Assembly (NCBI GenBank): GCA_050012255.1
Contig: JBEKHN010000007.1
Coordinates: forward strand, 1 to 64,000
Direction: 5' to 3'
DNA length: 64,000 nucleotides
DNA from: Candidatus Bathyarchaeia archaeon
Lineage (GTDB): Archaea; Thermoproteota; Bathyarchaeia; Bathyarchaeales; Bathycorpusculaceae
Part shown: positions 37,512 through 47,689 of the stretch, piece after piece
Numbering within the stretch: position 1 is the stretch's first letter
Layout of the letters: every line of letters starts with the position of its first letter
Notes under the pieces: model-generated
The model's database searches: none
What the model was told of the DNA's origin: nothing
Seen by the model: only the letters and a program-made list of their open reading frames with translations
Translations under genes and position numbers: made by a program

Positions 37512-38255
37512 ATGGAAATGGAAAAACTCGTCAGCTCGATGTATGAACGCTTAGTCTCTCTTATGATTGAAAATCTTGATTTCGAAAGAGCATCGGTCAT
37601 CCTTGAGGTCGGTGCAGGCAGGGGGCAGCTGACAATTCCACTTGTGAGAAGACTCGGGAGAACCAAGGGCGATTTTAGATTGATTGCCCTTGACACTTCA
37701 GCGGGACCATAAAAGGGCGCCTTGGAGACTCTGAAGCGGGATTTGCGAAAAGAAAAACTTGAGGATCTTGTTACGGTCGTCCACGGCGATGTCAGAAACA
37801 TGAGTGCGATGGAAACTGAAAGTACCGACATGATCATTTCGAACGAGACTTTGTGTGAATTGAACAGGGAAGGGCTTGAAAAGGCTGTTCAGGAGTTTCA
37901 CCGAATCCTGAAGCCTTATGGCGAGATGGGGCATGGCGAACTCGTCCCCGTTGCTGAAAACGAAGCATAGAAGCTGGTCATCGATGCGAATGCCAATTCG
38001 ATGGAGACATCGCTGCCGAAGCCAGAATGGTTTTCGCCCTTCTCGGACGAAGTCGTGGTGCTGATGCACAGGACAGGTTTCAAGAACATAAGAACTGCGT
38101 ATCTTGAGACAAGAGTAGAAATGGATTGTGACACGGCAACAAGCAAGTTGAAGGAATGGGCGGTCCATCCGTCGTGGGTTGAGGAGCATCTTAATGACCT
38201 TAAGAGGTTTGGCCTAGAACTTCCAATGGAACACGTCGTCTTCTGCGAGAAATAA
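37512..38255 (+). pseudogene. Class I SAM-dependent methyltransferase with two in-frame stops
   Basis: ILEVGAGRG, HGDVR, EFHRILKP all in one frame, broken by TAA 37710 and TAG 37968. Confidence 0.85.
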
Positions 38256-38373
38256 AGCGCGCACTTTTTCGTCTTTCCAAGCAGGATTTGAGAGTGCGAA
38301 GTTGAACGGGAAAGTGGAACATTAGATTTATTAATGTTACCGTCAATGCATTAAGGTTAAAGGCGTATGGAAA

Positions 38374-38730
38374 ATGTCGCTCGGATCCAAGCTGAGGATT
38401 GAGAGCTGGGGGATGTTCGCAACATCTGTTTTCTACGCAATCGTCGGCATAGCATTTCTTGCTCTTTTGCCTCTGAGTGGCTTCCCACCGCACGTTGGGA
38501 TCCTCGGCATACTAAGCCTGATTGCCGCCTATGGCATGTTTAGGAAGAGAGCTTGGTCGTTCTGGTTTATCATAATCTTGTTCTTTACTAGCACAACTTT
38601 CTCATCGTATGTCATATACAGTGTTTTGACAAGAGATTATCTTCTCGGCGTCGGAATGATTTTCTATCTCATTCTAACATGGGTCTTCACGGCATACGCC
38701 GCAAACAAGAGAAAAGTTCTTGAAGAATGA
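38374..38730 (+). CDS. 4-TM membrane protein
   Basis: Hydrophobic helices, FPPHVG. Confidence 0.75.
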   Translation: MSLGSKLRIESWGMFATSVFYAIVGIAFLALLPLSGFPPHVGILGILSLIAAYGMFRKRAWSFWFIIILFFTSTTFSSYVIYSVLTRDYLLGVGMIFYLILTWVFTAYAANKRKVLEE

Positions 38731-38793
38731 GGACATCTTTTCTCGTTTTGTGTAATCGCGCCAACATTCGTCTTCTCAAATTCTCTTTGTCGT

Positions 38794-40044
38794 TTACGGC
38801 ATTTTTCGAAAAAGTCGCACCGCGACTTCCTCGTCTGCATCCACGAATTGCACGTTTTCAGGTATCTCGACATAACCATCTGCTCTCATGAGGGTCGTTA
38901 TCGCTCCAGAATCCCCAGCTAGAATAGGCTCGGCCACAGTCCTGTTTAGCCTATCGCGCTTCAGGGCTACCATGACAAATGTTCTTCTTCCCTTTGCCGG
39001 GAACATCCTTACCATTGTTATAGCCTTCACTTCTAAGTCTTCCTCTGCTCTTCTCCCTCCCATTGCCTGTATTATCGGGCGGGCAAGTAGATGGAAAACC
39101 AACAATGCAGATGTAGGATGTCCAGGAAGCGAGAACACTGGTTTATCACGAATCAGCCCTATCGTCGTGGGTTTTCCAGGCTTGATAGCGATTCCAGATA
39201 TGATCGTGCCGGGTTTTCCGAGAGAAGCCAACGCTTTTGGCATAACATCTTTTGGGCCTACCGAGACACCGCCAGATGTTACCACAACGTCGGCGGAGGC
39301 CAAAGCGTGCCTCAACGCTTTCTGAAGCTTGACGAGGTCATCAGGGAAAACGCCGAGAAAAATAGGCTTCCCCCCGCTTTCGATCACAGCTGCGCTCAGG
39401 CTGTACGCGTTGATGTCATAAATCTTCCCATTGAGCAGGCTTCTGCCTGGCTCGGTTACCTCAGCTCCTGTCGAAAAAACTGCTACCCGAGGAACCATGT
39501 AAACCTTGACTCTCGCCATGCCCAAGGCAGCCAGAACACCGACTTCTCTCGAATCCAGCAGTTTGCCAGATTTGAGAACAGTCTCGCCTTTTCCGATGTC
39601 TTGTCCTGCCTTCATTATGTTCTCATGCCTTGCGACTGCGCTGAAGACACGAATACGGTTGGCCTTTCTTTCAGTCTGCTCAACCATGACAACAGCGTCT
39701 GCGCCTTCGGGAATGGGTGCTCCTGTGACTATTTCTGCTGCTTCTTTCTTTCTGACAACTATCTTAGGAGCTTCGCCAACGCGCACTGCTCCGTGGGCCA
39801 TCAGCGCAATCGGTCTGTTTTCCTCGGCACCAAAGGTGTCTTGCGCCTTGACAGCGTATCCGTCAACTGTTGACCGATCAAATGGTGGGATGTCTCTGCT
39901 GGCCGTTATGTCTTGTGCTAGAACACGGCTGCTAGCCTCCAGAAGCGAAATCTCTTCAATGCCCAAATGCCTAGGTCTGAATCGTTCTAGAATGACTTTT
40001 TTTGCCTCTTCAAAAGTCAACAGTTTCCTAAACATAATCTCCAA
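38794..40044 (-). CDS. moeA: Molybdopterin molybdotransferase MoeA
   Basis: PPFDRSTVDGYA, TGAPIPEGADAV, SGGVSVG, KPGKP, LPGHP. Confidence 0.95.
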   Translation of the reverse strand: MEIMFRKLLTFEEAKKVILERFRPRHLGIEEISLLEASSRVLAQDITASRDIPPFDRSTVDGYAVKAQDTFGAEENRPIALMAHGAVRVGEAPKIVVRKKEAAEIVTGAPIPEGADAVVMVEQTERKANRIRVFSAVARHENIMKAGQDIGKGETVLKSGKLLDSREVGVLAALGMARVKVYMVPRVAVFSTGAEVTEPGRSLLNGKIYDINAYSLSAAVIESGGKPIFLGVFPDDLVKLQKALRHALASADVVVTSGGVSVGPKDVMPKALASLGKPGTIISGIAIKPGKPTTIGLIRDKPVFSLPGHPTSALLVFHLLARPIIQAMGGRRAEEDLEVKAITMVRMFPAKGRRTFVMVALKRDRLNRTVAEPILAGDSGAITTLMRADGYVEIPENVQFVDADEEVAVRLFRKMP

Positions 40045-41326
40045 TCGCCTTTAAATCGTCAAACATGTGCACCGAGACAATGTCTCCTTCTTCTAAGCCT
40101 TCTACGTTTTCTGGCACGACGGTATAACCGTTAGATCTTGTCATAGTGGAAATCAGACTTGAACCTCGAGTGCTGATAGGTTCAGCGAGGAAATCATCAT
40201 ACTTTTGAAGAACGCGGACACGAACGAAATTCTTCCTTCCTAGGGTGGTAGCGATTCTCCTAGTCATTCTTGCCCTCAACATGGGTCTCGGCTCTACCCG
40301 TTTAAGCCCCAGCATCCTGCTCACTAACGGTCTGCCAAAAACCTCGAAGCTCAGCATAGCGGCAACAGGGTTGCCTGGGAGTACGATGATGGGCTTGTCT
40401 TTAACGATTGCCAGCGCCGTTGGCATGCCTGGACGCATTGCTACGCCATGAACGATGACGCCTGGCTCTCCAACCTTGTTAACAGTTTCTGGAACGAGAT
40501 CAAGGCCCCCGACACTGGTTCCACCAGAACTGATCACGCCATCAGCTTTCACAAGGCCTAGCCTCAGCTTTTCCGAGATTTCATCTACATCATCCCTTGC
40601 AATGCCCAAATCTAGAGTTTGTGCTCCTAGCTCATTGCATAATGCACATAGAACAGTTCTGTTCGTGTCAAATACCTGTTCTCTTCGCAGTTTACAACCC
40701 AACTCAACAAGCTCATTTCCAGTTGCCAAAATGGCAATCCTGGGCCTTCGAAAGACCTTTACGTCGGCGATGCCAAAGGCAGCTATCAGTCCCAGATGCT
40801 GAGGCTTCAAACGAGTTCCCGCTTCGGCAACGACCTGTCCTTTTCGCACGTCTTCGCCCTTTTTCGAAACGTTTTCCCATCGAGTTAACGGGCTCAACAC
40901 GGCGATCTTGTCTCCACCCAGTTTAGCATTTTCCAGCATCACGACGGCGTCTGTGCGACTGGGAACCGAGTTGCCCGTCCACACCTGCTTTGCTTGGTTC
41001 TCGTTTATCACGTCCTTGTAGACGATCTTGAGAGTTTTTGGTCTATGCTGTGTTGCTTCGGCAGTGCTGTCGGCGTTTACAGCGTATCCATCAACTGCTG
41101 ACCTGTTAGTCCTCGGCAAATCCGTCCTTGCGATTATTTGTTCGGCTAGGACACGATTTAGGGCTAAGTGCAAGGGACTAGACGTTTCTTTCGGTTTGAT
41201 CCGCAACGTTCCAAGAAACGTTTGCAACGCGGTTTCTACTGAGACTAGTTTCTGAAATCCTCTCAATCGAACCAAAACATGTCCCCTTGAAGCAGCACCA
41301 CAGGACAGTGTAAAAACGTATCGCAC
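40028..41326 (-). CDS. moeA: Molybdopterin molybdotransferase MoeA paralog
   Basis: RSAVDGYA, TGNEL, SGGTSVG, RPGMP, LPGNP. Confidence 0.95.
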   Translation of the reverse strand: MRYVFTLSCGAASRGHVLVRLRGFQKLVSVETALQTFLGTLRIKPKETSSPLHLALNRVLAEQIIARTDLPRTNRSAVDGYAVNADSTAEATQHRPKTLKIVYKDVINENQAKQVWTGNSVPSRTDAVVMLENAKLGGDKIAVLSPLTRWENVSKKGEDVRKGQVVAEAGTRLKPQHLGLIAAFGIADVKVFRRPRIAILATGNELVELGCKLRREQVFDTNRTVLCALCNELGAQTLDLGIARDDVDEISEKLRLGLVKADGVISSGGTSVGGLDLVPETVNKVGEPGVIVHGVAMRPGMPTALAIVKDKPIIVLPGNPVAAMLSFEVFGRPLVSRMLGLKRVEPRPMLRARMTRRIATTLGRKNFVRVRVLQKYDDFLAEPISTRGSSLISTMTRSNGYTVVPENVEGLEEGDIVSVHMFDDLKAIGDYV

Positions 41327-41330
41327 TTTC

Positions 41331-42197
41331 TTAACTCTTGTCTAACTCTTCTTGAAGTATGTCACGCATCTTCATTGCGTCCAGATCTAGGATTGGGCTT
41401 TCGCTTATGATGACTGGTTTCAACTGGAATTCAATGATGACCCTTGCAAGCAATCGGAAGTCTGGTCCATAACGTGCTTCCTGCAGCGTGTGATGGCGTC
41501 TTTCACCCTTGTCAGTGAACTCGATCTTTGTGAAGTGACAGTGCAAGTTCTTGAGAGCGTCAGTTCCAAGTCGGTTCTCAATGGCCTCCGCAACCTTGCG
41601 GAAATCCTCAACGCTTCTGAAACGCCCTCTGTCTCTTGCGTGAAGATGGGACCAATCAACAACCATTTGCGTGCGTTCAACTGTCTCGCACAGATTCAAA
41701 GCTTCGTCGAGGCTTCCCAGCTGACAAGTCCTGCCCATCGTTTCTGGTCCTATTCTAACGTTCCTAATCCCCAGGCTCAGCATATTTTCAACAACCTCTT
41801 CCAAGGCTTCTGAACACGTTTTAAGAGCTTCCATCGGCGATTTCCTGCCGTAGAAACCAGGATGGAAAACCACAACATGAGCACTCATCCATTCAGCGGC
41901 CGTTGCACACGCGATCAAGCGTTGTTTGCTTGCTTCAACAATTGTTCTTTCGCCGCAGAAGTTTATGAAGTAAGAACCGTGGAGACTGAGCCAAACGTCG
42001 TTCTGCTTGGCTTCCAGCTCTAGCTTCTGAGCCTCTTCTTTCCTCATTTGGGGCTTCTTTCCCCATTGAACGGCTTCATACTCGAAAGCGTCAAGTCCCT
42101 CTTCGCGTAGAAGTCTGGGAATGTCCGTCAAAGTAGCCTTCATAGACTTGAACAGTGGCGGAACCCCAGCTGGACCGAACCTGGGGCGTCGATCCAT
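41331..42197 (-). CDS. nfo: Endonuclease IV (archaeal TIM-barrel AP endonuclease)
   Basis: RFGPAG, HGSYFIN, HPGFY, ETMG, DWSHLHAR, GERRH, ISESP. Confidence 0.88.
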   Translation of the reverse strand: MDRRPRFGPAGVPPLFKSMKATLTDIPRLLREEGLDAFEYEAVQWGKKPQMRKEEAQKLELEAKQNDVWLSLHGSYFINFCGERTIVEASKQRLIACATAAEWMSAHVVVFHPGFYGRKSPMEALKTCSEALEEVVENMLSLGIRNVRIGPETMGRTCQLGSLDEALNLCETVERTQMVVDWSHLHARDRGRFRSVEDFRKVAEAIENRLGTDALKNLHCHFTKIEFTDKGERRHHTLQEARYGPDFRLLARVIIEFQLKPVIISESPILDLDAMKMRDILQEELDKS

Positions 42198-42216
42198 AGA
42201 AATCCCGTGAATCTGG

Positions 42217-43146
42217 CTATTTCTTGTACCGGTAGCCTTTCCCGGTTCGCTCTCCGTAAATGATGATTAATAGCACAGAAACCCAGGCTGCAGCGTTTTG
42301 GAAAAGCAAGAATTTGTCAACATTGCCTAGGGTTGCTATTGGACTGATCAAGCTCCCAAGACCAACTCCTAGATTTCTGACACTTGGTGCAGCAGCAATC
42401 AGGGCGTTGTTTATGGAAGTGCTGATCCAGCCTATGGGCCCCAAAGCTTGGGCCACTCCATTCGCCCAGTTGTTCACCGAGATGACGAAGTTGCGCAACG
42501 AAGCGTCGCTCTGATAAGCGTTCGACACAAACCGAAAGATTGCCTGCGGGTAGGCCAAAAGAGAGAAAAGCAGGGTGAGAGCTGCAAAAGCCAGCAGTAC
42601 AATCAAGGCGCTTCTGACTGTGGCTCTTGCAAAGTGTATTCTTTCGGAAAGGTGAGAAATCCGCTTGATTTTCGGTAGCCTTGACTCTATCCTCCTAAAA
42701 TAGTTCCTTGCGGCGCGACATATTCTTGATGCTAGTCCCCTCTTTTCGACCCTCTGCCTTGGAAAGGTTTCAACCTTTCCTCTTCGTATCTCTCGTCGTC
42801 TCAATGATACCTTCTTGGTGAGGTACGTCCAGCTGAGTGCAAGCATGATTATGACGCAAATGGGGACCAGATGGAACGCTGGGCTTATCGCTATCGTCAC
42901 TGGCCAACTCGTCCCTGGAAAGTTGAAACTCCATTGCAAGACTGACGTGTCCTCAACGCCCAACCTCATGGCGTAGAGAACGACAAGAAACTCGATTAAA
43001 GCTGCCACTGCGAGAAACAGGATCAACGGAGTCAATCCTTTCAGTGTGGTCCAGCGGATCACTCGCCGTTTTTGTTCAGACTGCGTTTGCAAATATTTCA
43101 CCGCATGTTCTTGGCAGCGTTTTGGTTCAATTATGAAGATTCTCAT
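42217..43146 (-). CDS. Hypothetical membrane protein
   Basis: Several TM helices and a basic loop. Confidence 0.7.
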   Translation of the reverse strand: MRIFIIEPKRCQEHAVKYLQTQSEQKRRVIRWTTLKGLTPLILFLAVAALIEFLVVLYAMRLGVEDTSVLQWSFNFPGTSWPVTIAISPAFHLVPICVIIMLALSWTYLTKKVSLRRREIRRGKVETFPRQRVEKRGLASRICRAARNYFRRIESRLPKIKRISHLSERIHFARATVRSALIVLLAFAALTLLFSLLAYPQAIFRFVSNAYQSDASLRNFVISVNNWANGVAQALGPIGWISTSINNALIAAAPSVRNLGVGLGSLISPIATLGNVDKFLLFQNAAAWVSVLLIIIYGERTGKGYRYKK

Positions 43147-43206
43147 TAAAAAATGTGACTGTGACCCAGCGGCCCCCGTGAATGTGCAGGAGATGACGGT
43201 ACGATC

Positions 43207-43404
43207 TTAGGTTTCGGTCAAAGGGAATTCGTGTCTGCACCTCGGGCATTTTGCCCCTGTGCAGTGCACTGAAGATGAGCAGCCTGAGCAGGCGAAAGCT
43301 CTACCGTAGGTTATGTCAAATGGGAAACCGCATCTTGGACAGCGAACCATTCGTCTGGGACCGGCGCTCACTCTAATCACTTTTTCCATGTCTCGATCAA
43401 ACAA
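43207..43404 (-). CDS. Small Cys-rich zinc-ribbon protein
   Basis: CPRC, CSGC, C...CPRC. Confidence 0.7.
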   Translation of the reverse strand: MFDRDMEKVIRVSAGPRRMVRCPRCGFPFDITYGRAFACSGCSSSVHCTGAKCPRCRHEFPLTET

Positions 43405-43494
43405 ATTTTAAAAGCTTTCCTGGATATGTTTAAACGAGTGGAACTAGAAATAATCTCTGAAAGGAACTAAGCAGCTCGGTTAACTTGGAGTGGA

Positions 43495-44481
43495 TTGTAC
43501 ACGTCGGGTAAAGCAGAAAGGATGGAACTCTACAAAGATCGAAATACGCAAGTCCTACTGAACAAGTTCTTGAACGGTGAGATAAGCGAACTTCAACCAA
43601 TCTGTGATTCTAAGCTGGGATACCGGTACCCGACGATTGAGATAATTGCTGGAGACGCGTCAAGCGCTGAGTCATTTCTCAAGAAGCTTTACGAAGGTGG
43701 AATACTCGAGAGAATACTCTTTGACAAAGTTATCTTCTGCCCAAAGTGTGATTCAGCAAGTATTTCCATCCATTATTGTTGCCCTTACTGCAAATCTTTC
43801 GACATACGGAAAAGTTCCCTGATCGAGCACGTTAAGTGTGGATACATGGATGTCGAGGAAAACTTTCACAAAGATGACAAGCTCATCTGTCCAAAATGCA
43901 AAGATGAACTGAGAAAACCCGATGCTGATTACAGAAGAGCTGGAATATGGTGCACTTGCAAGGACTGCGGCAAGAGTTTCGACATCCCAGTTGCCGCACT
44001 TTTTTGCCGGGACTGCCATGGAAACTTCACTTACGAAGATGTGAAGGTCAAAGATGTGTACGCGTACAAGCTGAAGAAAGAGGCCAAAGAAGAAGCTGCT
44101 CTGGGCTGGGTTCTGATTGCGCCGATAAAAGAGTTTCTTGCAGAAAATGGGTTTCAGGTTGAAGGCCCCGCCTTTCTGAAAGGCAAATCCGGGGCTAATC
44201 ATATGTTCGACATAGTCGCTCGTAGGGGAGACACTGCAGAGAAAGTGACAGTCATTGATTTGGCAACGTCAACCGACACTGGCGTGACGGAACAGCCTGT
44301 CATCGCATTGTTTGCCAAGATGTTTGACGTTTCGCCAGAGGATGCATACCTTATCGCAATTCCGAAAATAAACGACAACGGAAAAAGAATAGCGGAATTA
44401 TACAAGATTCATCTGATTGAGGTGAAGGACCAGAAAGACGCAACGAAGATTCTCAAAGAAGAGCTGCATACCAAGAAATAG
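43495..44481 (+). CDS. TackOD1-like multi-Zn-ribbon protein with C-terminal REase-like domain
   Basis: GYRYP, CPKC, CPYC, LIEHVKCG, further CxxC; GKSGANHMFDI. Confidence 0.75.
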   Translation: MYTSGKAERMELYKDRNTQVLLNKFLNGEISELQPICDSKLGYRYPTIEIIAGDASSAESFLKKLYEGGILERILFDKVIFCPKCDSASISIHYCCPYCKSFDIRKSSLIEHVKCGYMDVEENFHKDDKLICPKCKDELRKPDADYRRAGIWCTCKDCGKSFDIPVAALFCRDCHGNFTYEDVKVKDVYAYKLKKEAKEEAALGWVLIAPIKEFLAENGFQVEGPAFLKGKSGANHMFDIVARRGDTAEKVTVIDLATSTDTGVTEQPVIALFAKMFDVSPEDAYLIAIPKINDNGKRIAELYKIHLIEVKDQKDATKILKEELHTKK

Positions 44482-44498
44482 AAATGTTCAAGCTGAAA

Positions 44499-46460
44499 CT
44501 AGGGGTTTTGCCAAGAGGGTTTGAACACTGAAACGGTTCCTCTTTCAGTAATGACCTTGACAATGGACGCGTTATAGACTAGGCCCATATCGCCGCGAGT
44601 GTAATTGACTGAATCTCCAGCGTTGATGAACAAGTTCATGTCATATCTTTGATGGATTGTTGTGCTATCTGCCCATAGAGAAACCAGATGAGCAGTCACG
44701 GAGCCCTTGTTCTGCAACGTAAACGTTGCTCCATCAACGATAACTGCTCTGACACCTAAGAAGTCAATGTCAACAGAAGTCTGATTAACATCCATTTGCT
44801 CGTCTTGTAATTTCACGTAGATGGTGCCGTTGTTAGTAATGTAGCTGCGGCACTGGTCGGTCAGATTGAGATCGTAAATGTCCCAGCCTGTAGTGGGTGT
44901 ATGACCCGCGGTAGAGTTGAAGCCGTTATCAGAGTATTCCCCCGCTGTCCAGTTAAAGGCTTTCAGATACCAGTTCTCACCTGAGTCATTTGCACGATAT
45001 CTCAATTGGATTTCAACAGTTTGAATGGAGGTGACAGGTATTGTGCCCAAATCGATAGTAAAGGTTCCGACAACTTCTAGCTTCTTGGATTGTCCGCCCT
45101 GAACCTCTTGTGCACCATAAGCAACTAAATTGTCTCTTCCGCTTTCGTAGCTAGCCTTGATCCACGCGTCGCTTCTTGCAACGTTGGAAATCCGCACTTC
45201 ATCAATGATGCCGTTCAAATAGCCTCCTGAATAAAAACAATAAGCGAGGTAAAGAGGTGCTGAATTGTAAACGATGTTTCCAGTCACTGTGTGAGTTGAG
45301 CCCACTTGCTGAGCATCTACAATATCCGTAATCTTTGAGCCGTCATATGTAAAAGTCCAATAATACCATGTGTCTGTCTGGAAAGGATAATTCTCATCAT
45401 TGGCCCCTGTCCACCCATCGGCACCGTCTGTTCTCACCAAGTTTCTTATGGCGTGTGAGTTTATGAAGCCAATCTGCCACTGATTGTCCTTTCTTGCAAT
45501 AACCGTTTCGGTGGTTGGCAAAGAGCTGAGTTTTACCCATGCTTCGATCGTGAGTTGGCTGTTTGTGAAGTCGATGCTTGGGCTGTCCTGTAACTGAACT
45601 CTACCATTTGTCCCGTTAAACGCGTCCGCACCGTCTATTTCGCCGGAAACGCCCTGTGTTACCCCACCTTGGGGAACCCCAACGTTGCTGTTCGAAGTCG
45701 AATCTTGATGAACGCCGCTGGACTCAGGCAGATGCAAGACAAGCCTAAAGTTGCTGTCCCACACGTTCATGGCAGCAGTTGAGGCTGCATCTCCCACATG
45801 CGCAGTATTGTCAGCTTGATTCTTGTCGTAATACAAATACAGTAGAGTGTCTTGTGAACTGCTTATACTGGGAACTTTGGTCCACAGCCACGCTTCTCTG
45901 TTGGTGGCATCCCATCTTTCAATCTCTACGAAGCACTGAGTTATGCCATCGTTTGTTGTGATTGCAATTTTCTTCCTGTTGTCGGCACTTTGCAACTCAT
46001 CGAACACGTAAGAAACGTCATTCCTGAACCTGCCAGAAGAATTGCTAAGGTATACCATTACCGGGAAATCGTTCAGCGGATTAACGATTTTACTGTGGTC
46101 AATTGTGATCCTAATTCGTTTGCTCCAGCCTCCTAGCCAACCTCCTCCAGAATAGCTTTCCCTGAACGTTTCGTAGTGACCATCAATGGCTTGAGTATCC
46201 ACATAGGACCCGCTTACGTGACTGCCAACATTAACGGCATATTCATTTTGAGCTACCGACCAGGAAGAACTGTCTGTTTTGGCTACGTTAACGATTTCAA
46301 CATTTTCTTGCATTCTTTCCCAGTCGAATTGATTCATCTGGTAACTCCACAAGATCACGTTAGAAACAATGATCACGACTAGAACCAGGCTTAGCATGAC
46401 GACTATCACGTTGCTTATTCCATGCTTATCCAGTCTAAGGCGCTTCATAGTAAGCAACAA
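44499..46460 (-). CDS. Large pilin-like adhesin with DUF2341 and LamG/ConA-like domains
   Basis: Class III signal DKHG/ISNVIVVML; EIERWD...AWLWTKVP...LYLYY; GIIDEVRISNVARSDAWI. Confidence 0.8.
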   Translation of the reverse strand: MLLTMKRLRLDKHGISNVIVVMLSLVLVVIIVSNVILWSYQMNQFDWERMQENVEIVNVAKTDSSSWSVAQNEYAVNVGSHVSGSYVDTQAIDGHYETFRESYSGGGWLGGWSKRIRITIDHSKIVNPLNDFPVMVYLSNSSGRFRNDVSYVFDELQSADNRKKIAITTNDGITQCFVEIERWDATNREAWLWTKVPSISSSQDTLLYLYYDKNQADNTAHVGDAASTAAMNVWDSNFRLVLHLPESSGVHQDSTSNSNVGVPQGGVTQGVSGEIDGADAFNGTNGRVQLQDSPSIDFTNSQLTIEAWVKLSSLPTTETVIARKDNQWQIGFINSHAIRNLVRTDGADGWTGANDENYPFQTDTWYYWTFTYDGSKITDIVDAQQVGSTHTVTGNIVYNSAPLYLAYCFYSGGYLNGIIDEVRISNVARSDAWIKASYESGRDNLVAYGAQEVQGGQSKKLEVVGTFTIDLGTIPVTSIQTVEIQLRYRANDSGENWYLKAFNWTAGEYSDNGFNSTAGHTPTTGWDIYDLNLTDQCRSYITNNGTIYVKLQDEQMDVNQTSVDIDFLGVRAVIVDGATFTLQNKGSVTAHLVSLWADSTTIHQRYDMNLFINAGDSVNYTRGDMGLVYNASIVKVITERGTVSVFKPSWQNP

Positions 46461-46851
46461 CCTGTGTCCCCCTTGTGGTTAAAACATCAATGTAGTACAG
46501 GCTATGTGGAACCCAATTTTGGGAAATGTTCAGCCACTGGTGTTCGCTGATTTCCAGCCTTAAAGGGTTGGTGAAAGATTGAGAGGCGTTGTTGACATAG
46601 ACTGCAAGAATGTATACTGCAACCTTTCCAACATTTCGAACATAAATGTCAATATTATTGGTGTAATTGTTGAACCATACATCTTCCACGATTACGCGTT
46701 CACTCATGTTTTCACGCAGATTAGTCGTTATGACGTAAGTTGCTGATGTAGCAATCGCCATTGCAGCAACAGCGACGACTGTGAGCAAGAGATTGCTCAG
46801 AACAGGGGTTATACCCCGTTTATCGCTGAAGATCTTAAACAATCTCTGCAT
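46435..46851 (-). CDS. Archaeal type IV pilin
   Basis: DKRG/ITPVLSNLLLTVVAVA; IYVRNVG. Confidence 0.88.
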   Translation of the reverse strand: MQRLFKIFSDKRGITPVLSNLLLTVVAVAAMAIATSATYVITTNLRENMSERVIVEDVWFNNYTNNIDIYVRNVGKVAVYILAVYVNNASQSFTNPLRLEISEHQWLNISQNWVPHSLYYIDVLTTRGTQVVAYYEAP

Positions 46852-46861
46852 TTTCTTACCT

Positions 46862-47689
46862 CTACAAGAAGAGTTTCAATGCCAGGTAACCACAGATCAT
46901 CAGTATTAAGCAATGTTTCAACCCAGCGTTGATTGTCCCCTCCCCCATTTTTCCAGCTACAAGTCCTCCGAAAAAGGCTTGAACTAATGTCATGTGGAAG
47001 AACATGCGCCTCATTTCTTCAGGCGCCATAAGCGCTGTTCCCAGCGTTGGCAACTGTTCTATGCTTACGAAGAACGACTTAAAGAGTAGCAGTATTGTGA
47101 AGATGAAAACGAAGAAGGCCACGTAGACTATTGCTATGTAGGGTCTTGCTTGAATCTTGCGCTCCTTGTCGAGTAGAAGCGTTGTCTGTATGAATTTTCC
47201 CATCGGTTCAAAGACTTTTTCAACGTGTCCTCCAGAACGGCTTGCCTCGAGTATCATGGGCACTGTTCTTTGCACTAGTACTGTGCTGACACGTTTTCCC
47301 AGGGCCACAAGAGCATCTTCAAAACTCATTCCCCACGAGATTTGCGCGGTCATTTTTCTCAACTCTGCAGTAAGCGGTCCATAGTCTCTTTTTGCAGCTT
47401 CCTCTAAGGCTTGAGGAAGCGTCATGCCTGTTTCTTGCGCTTGAACTATTGTTCTGAACAGGTCTGGCAAGTGTTCATCTATGGCCTTTCTCCACATGTA
47501 ATCAACGTAGGTCAGGATTGCAGGAGGAAAGATGCCCACAGTGATCGCGAAGAACACTAACTCGTCCAATGTTGCGGTTCCCCAGAATACGAAAACGCCG
47601 AATGAAACTATGGCTATGGCTAGCGCAGCTGAGACTATCCATGTGATTTGCTTCACCTTTGTCCTTATTTTTGGCATTTTCACTACCAT
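46862..47689 (-). CDS. TadC/T2SS-F pilus platform protein
   Basis: LPDLFR...GMTLPQAL, YGPLTAEL, LVAGKMGEG. Confidence 0.9.
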   Translation of the reverse strand: MVVKMPKIRTKVKQITWIVSAALAIAIVSFGVFVFWGTATLDELVFFAITVGIFPPAILTYVDYMWRKAIDEHLPDLFRTIVQAQETGMTLPQALEEAAKRDYGPLTAELRKMTAQISWGMSFEDALVALGKRVSTVLVQRTVPMILEASRSGGHVEKVFEPMGKFIQTTLLLDKERKIQARPYIAIVYVAFFVFIFTILLLFKSFFVSIEQLPTLGTALMAPEEMRRMFFHMTLVQAFFGGLVAGKMGEGTINAGLKHCLILMICGYLALKLFL

